A DNA stretch of 32,000 bases, taken from Wolbachia endosymbiont of Cimex lectularius (GTDB lineage Bacteria > Pseudomonadota > Alphaproteobacteria > Rickettsiales > Anaplasmataceae). The DNA is taken from the NCBI RefSeq assembly GCF_000829315.1, contig NZ_AP013028.1, positions 750,001 to 782,000 of the forward strand. Direction: 5' to 3'. Position numbers and translations under genes: made by a program. A model generated the notes under the pieces. It was not told the DNA's origin and searched no databases. It worked only from the letters and a program-made list of their open reading frames with translations. Below are positions 28,911 to 32,000 of this stretch, piece after piece. Position 1 is the first letter of the stretch; each line of letters opens with the position of its first letter.

Positions 28911-29772
28911 AGAACCTGTTTAAAATCTTCGTAACAGGAGAGAAATGAAGGAGAGGACTATCATCTGTAAGCTAGTGTTGAGCTTCCGCTCGCAATTTTT
29001 CCACAATCGCCTGCACTTTTCTAACCAGGCAAAAGAGCGTTCAACAACCCATCTTTTTGGCAATACGACGAAAGTGTGTAACTCACTTCGCTTTATTACT
29101 TCAACAGTCGCACCAATGATAGCTTTTATTTGTGTTGCAAAATTTTCTCCTGTGTAGCCAGCATCAACCAGTATGTTTTTAACTTCAGAGAGGTTTGCTT
29201 TAGCATTTTCGACCATTTTCACAGCACTGCTACGGTCAGTTGCTTCTGCCGTTGTTACATAAATTGCATGTGGCAAACCTTGTGTATCAACTGCAATATG
29301 GCGCTTTATCCCTGAAATCTTTTTACCTGCATCATAGCCTTTTTTTTCAGCAGTATCTGCGTTTTTAACGCTTTGAGAATCAATTATACAAAAGCTAGTT
29401 TTCTCTTTCCGACCATTGCTGATACGGACCTCTCCAACTAATTTTTTTTAAGACTAATTCCAACAAGCTTGGCTCTTCTCCATTCTTTTTACTCCACACT
29501 CGAAAATAGTAATATACGCTTTCCCATCTTGGAAAACCCTTTGATAACATCCTCCACTGACAACCACTTTTTAAGACGTACAACACCCCACAAAATACGT
29601 CATACAAATCAAGTTTTCTTGGTTTTGTTTTCTGCTTGCTACTCTCCAAAATTGGCCTGATTTTTTCAAACTGCTCTTGACTTATATTACTTGGATAACT
29701 TTTCTGCATAGACACCTCATTATTAATCTATGCTTACTTTACCTCACATTTCCAAGATTTTAAACAGGTTCT
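28911..29772 (-). mobile_element. IS5-family insertion sequence, copy 3 (862 bp)
   Basis: Same terminal inverted repeats. Transposase parts 29395-29715 and a C-part ending at 28920. No nonsense mutation or extra T seen, so this is the best-preserved copy. Confidence 0.95.
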
Positions 29773-29945
29773 TACAGCTTTTGCACTAGATATAACAGAG
29801 AAGACGTGAATAAAAACCCAATAAAAAAACTAGATGAAATTGCTTGACAGCATGCACTGTGGTTTTTGATGTCTTTAACACTTGATTATGCCAATCTTTA
29901 ATGTTTGTATAGTAAAATGTAAATTTATTATTGTGTGAGGTAGGT

Positions 29946-30934
29946 ATGAACTCAGAAGAAATGTTACTTCGTGCTATAGAACAAGGAGAGGCACCTGTAG
30001 TTAGAAGCCTTGTCAATAGCGGTACCAATGTTCTTGCTAGAATAGCTGCTAGTGATGATGATGCCTTAATAGTGCTTGCATCGGAAGAATATTACAACTT
30101 TAGTCACAGCCCGGATGATTATCTTCCTCTGTGTTTTGCTGTTTTACGTGTAGTTCGGAAATTGTTGAAACCTTATTAGATGCAGGTTCCCAGGTTAATT
30201 TTGCGAATAAAAATAGTGATACTCCGCTACACTTAGCTGCTCTTGTTGAAAATCCAGAAATGGTGAAAATTTTGCTTAGATGGGGCGCAGATCCCAATGC
30301 TATCAACATATGTTTTGAAAGACCTTTACACTTTACTGCTTTTCATATTAATGCAGATATTGTTAAAATTCTAAAAGAAGCAGGAGCAAAACTTGATAGT
30401 CAAAATCAAGATGAAGAGACACCTTTACACTTAGCTATACTTCATAATAACAATAAAGTAGCTAAAACTCTAATTGAACTAGGGGCGAATGTTAATATTC
30501 AAGGTCGTAGAGACGGTAATACGCCACTACATTTAGCTGTCCAGCATAGAAAAGACCCGTCTATTATTTTAGATCTAGTAACAGCAAGAGGCGCTGATGT
30601 TAATATTCGGAATAGCCAAGGCAATACACCATTACACCTAATTGCTCGTCAAGCTGAATATGGAGATATCAAAAATGCTGTTAGCTTCATAAATGCAAGA
30701 GAAATAGGTCAATCTTGTCGAAGGGAAAGCAGTATCATAGATATTGTCAGAATTTTGATGATAAATGGCGCTGATCCTAGTATTAAAAATAAGCGTGGAA
30801 AGGTGCTGGAACACGACAGTGTAACTGAATTTCTAGAGGAAAGGTCAAGGTCAGGTTTAATACAAACACCAGGTTCTAGATTGAGTAATGTGAGTGATGA
30901 ACCAATTGCAGGACCTTCCTGGCAACGAAACTAA
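29946..30934 (+). pseudogene. Ankyrin repeat protein gene split by an apparent 1-nt deletion
   Basis: MNSEEMLLRAIEQGEAPVVRSLVNSGTNV...YLPLCFAVLR in one frame continues as (G)SSEIVETLLDAGSQVNFANKNSDTPLHLAAL... in the +1 frame to 30934. Adding one G in CGTG-TAGTTCG near 30150 restores AVLRGSSEIVETLL. Confidence 0.85.
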
Positions 30935-31531
30935 CTAAGCTTCACCTCCCACTAGTGGAATGTTGCTCCAACTGCTGCTACCGTAGTTATCAATAGAAGC
31001 GCTCAGGTAATCTGTATCAAAGCGAACGGGCACATCAAATTCAAAACTTGCAGTGATTATTGCATCCTTCATTGGTGGTTTGGTAAACATAATTTCTCCA
31101 GTTGAATAATTCACTGAATATCTTCCTGTCTCTATACCATCTAGGTAAATTTTTATTGTATCATGTACTGGCTTTTTAATCGTTCGTATATGCTTGTCTT
31201 TTCCGCTAACATAGGTTTTGATCAGTTGAAAAGTCGTTTTTTTGTTGTCTCCTATTCCAATTTCTTGGTTGGTGGCTGTGAAATCTGACCAATCCTTAAA
31301 ACGAAACCCTATTGCTCTACCTTTTCGTGCGTTAAAAAATGTTATGAGTTCTGTTAGCTGCTCATTTGATCTGACTCCATAAGCTATGTTGTACCTAGCA
31401 CGCGCATGAGACCAGTTGATATTGCGCTGTTCACAACCATTGTGGGTTGTTACGACATCAGTGGAAAATTCCGGTCCTCCAGTTGAACCGTAAGATATAT
31501 TTTCTGGAAATCTCATTTCTGTAAATGACAT
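30935..31531 (-). CDS. Phage / gene-transfer-agent DUF2460 (TIGR02217-type) protein
   Basis: MSFTEMRFPENISYGSTGGPEFSTDVVTTHNGCEQRNINWSHARARYNIAYGVRSNEQLTELITFFNARKGRAIGFRFKDWSDF...PVRFDTDYL. Likely start 31531 with upstream AGGAGG; the listed 31600 start is in frame. Confidence 0.85.
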   Translation of the reverse strand: MSFTEMRFPENISYGSTGGPEFSTDVVTTHNGCEQRNINWSHARARYNIAYGVRSNEQLTELITFFNARKGRAIGFRFKDWSDFTATNQEIGIGDNKKTTFQLIKTYVSGKDKHIRTIKKPVHDTIKIYLDGIETGRYSVNYSTGEIMFTKPPMKDAIITASFEFDVPVRFDTDYLSASIDNYGSSSWSNIPLVGGEA

Positions 31532-31742
31532 ATGTCCTCCTGAAAAATAAAGTTGAAATAATGTGGCTGAAGAAGGTTTTGGAGGCGTTTCACACAGCAA
31601 ACGATATCATGAAAGTGGCTGAAACTTTATACCACTAAGATAACGTTTTAAACTGCTGCTATATTTATCACACCTACAGTTACTATACTTAAGTTTACTT
31701 GTACTGTCAAGCAAAAAAATAAAATTTTATAGCAAACTGAAA

Positions 31743-32000
31743 CTAGCCTTGTTTATGGCTTAATTCATCTACTTTTTCGCGTAACACATCCAAATCAGTT
31801 GCTCCTACAAACAGACTATCCCCAATTATTAAAAAAGGTGTACCGCCTACTCCTAGGTTCCTTACTAAAAGTCTGCTGTTGTTTATCATCTGTTCAATTT
31901 TGTCCGCATTGTTTTTCATAGAGTCATTGAAGTCGTTTTCATTGATTCCTATGCTTTTCACTATACCCAATATATTTTCGTCTGAACATTCTCCTTTGTG
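31743..32000 (-). CDS. DsbA-like thioredoxin-fold protein, C-terminal part (5' end beyond the window)
   Basis: KGECSDENILGIVKSIGINENDFNDSMKNNADKIEQMINNSRLLVRNLGVGGTPFLIIGDSLFVGATDLDVLREKVDEL. cis-Pro GTPFLIIGD typical of the DsbA family. Frame stays open through the window edge. Confidence 0.8.
   Translation of the reverse strand, partial: HKGECSDENILGIVKSIGINENDFNDSMKNNADKIEQMINNSRLLVRNLGVGGTPFLIIGDSLFVGATDLDVLREKVDELSHKQG

Noticed and set aside
18203-29660. Plus-strand ORFs MCCKIFSCVASINQYVFNF..., MKERTIICKLVLSF... and MALLHSFYSTLENSN... repeated at each IS
   Set aside because: Antisense shadows of the IS transposase; they recur only because the IS recurs.
24297-31531. Novel defence island or a complete phage / cytoplasmic-incompatibility locus
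   Set aside because: Only a single DUF2460 gene and broken ankyrin genes are present. There is no cif-like pair, terminase, portal, nuclease/toxin pair or CRISPR array.

Overview
This AT-rich 32 kb window looks like Anaplasmataceae, most likely a Wolbachia chromosome. That is inferred from the gene content, the ankyrin genes and the IS5-type elements, not from a database search. Housekeeping genes include petA (Rieske), gyrA, rsmE, a DEAD-box helicase paired with a cold-shock protein, pmbA/tldD, atpG, uvrD/pcrA, trxA, rnd and sucA. Three tRNA genes are present: Val-TAC, a CAT-anticodon tRNA, and Gly-GCC. Accessory material is interleaved: two long coiled-coil proteins, four ankyrin loci (three of them broken), a degraded collagen-like pseudogene, a DUF2460/TIGR02217-type phage or gene-transfer-agent gene, and three near-identical, same-orientation ~862 bp IS5-family elements. 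The most interesting unexplained signal is a dispersed intergenic repeat with four copies (about 8.48, 16.72, 20.11 and 23.80 kb). Each copy begins with a TTGACA-like box, exactly 17 nt, and a TATAAT-like box, and is followed by conserved blocks. It is a candidate non-coding transcription unit or a mobile/relic element. The copies differ by deletions that fall between short direct repeats. I saw no CRISPR array, no complete prophage and no clear new defence system.
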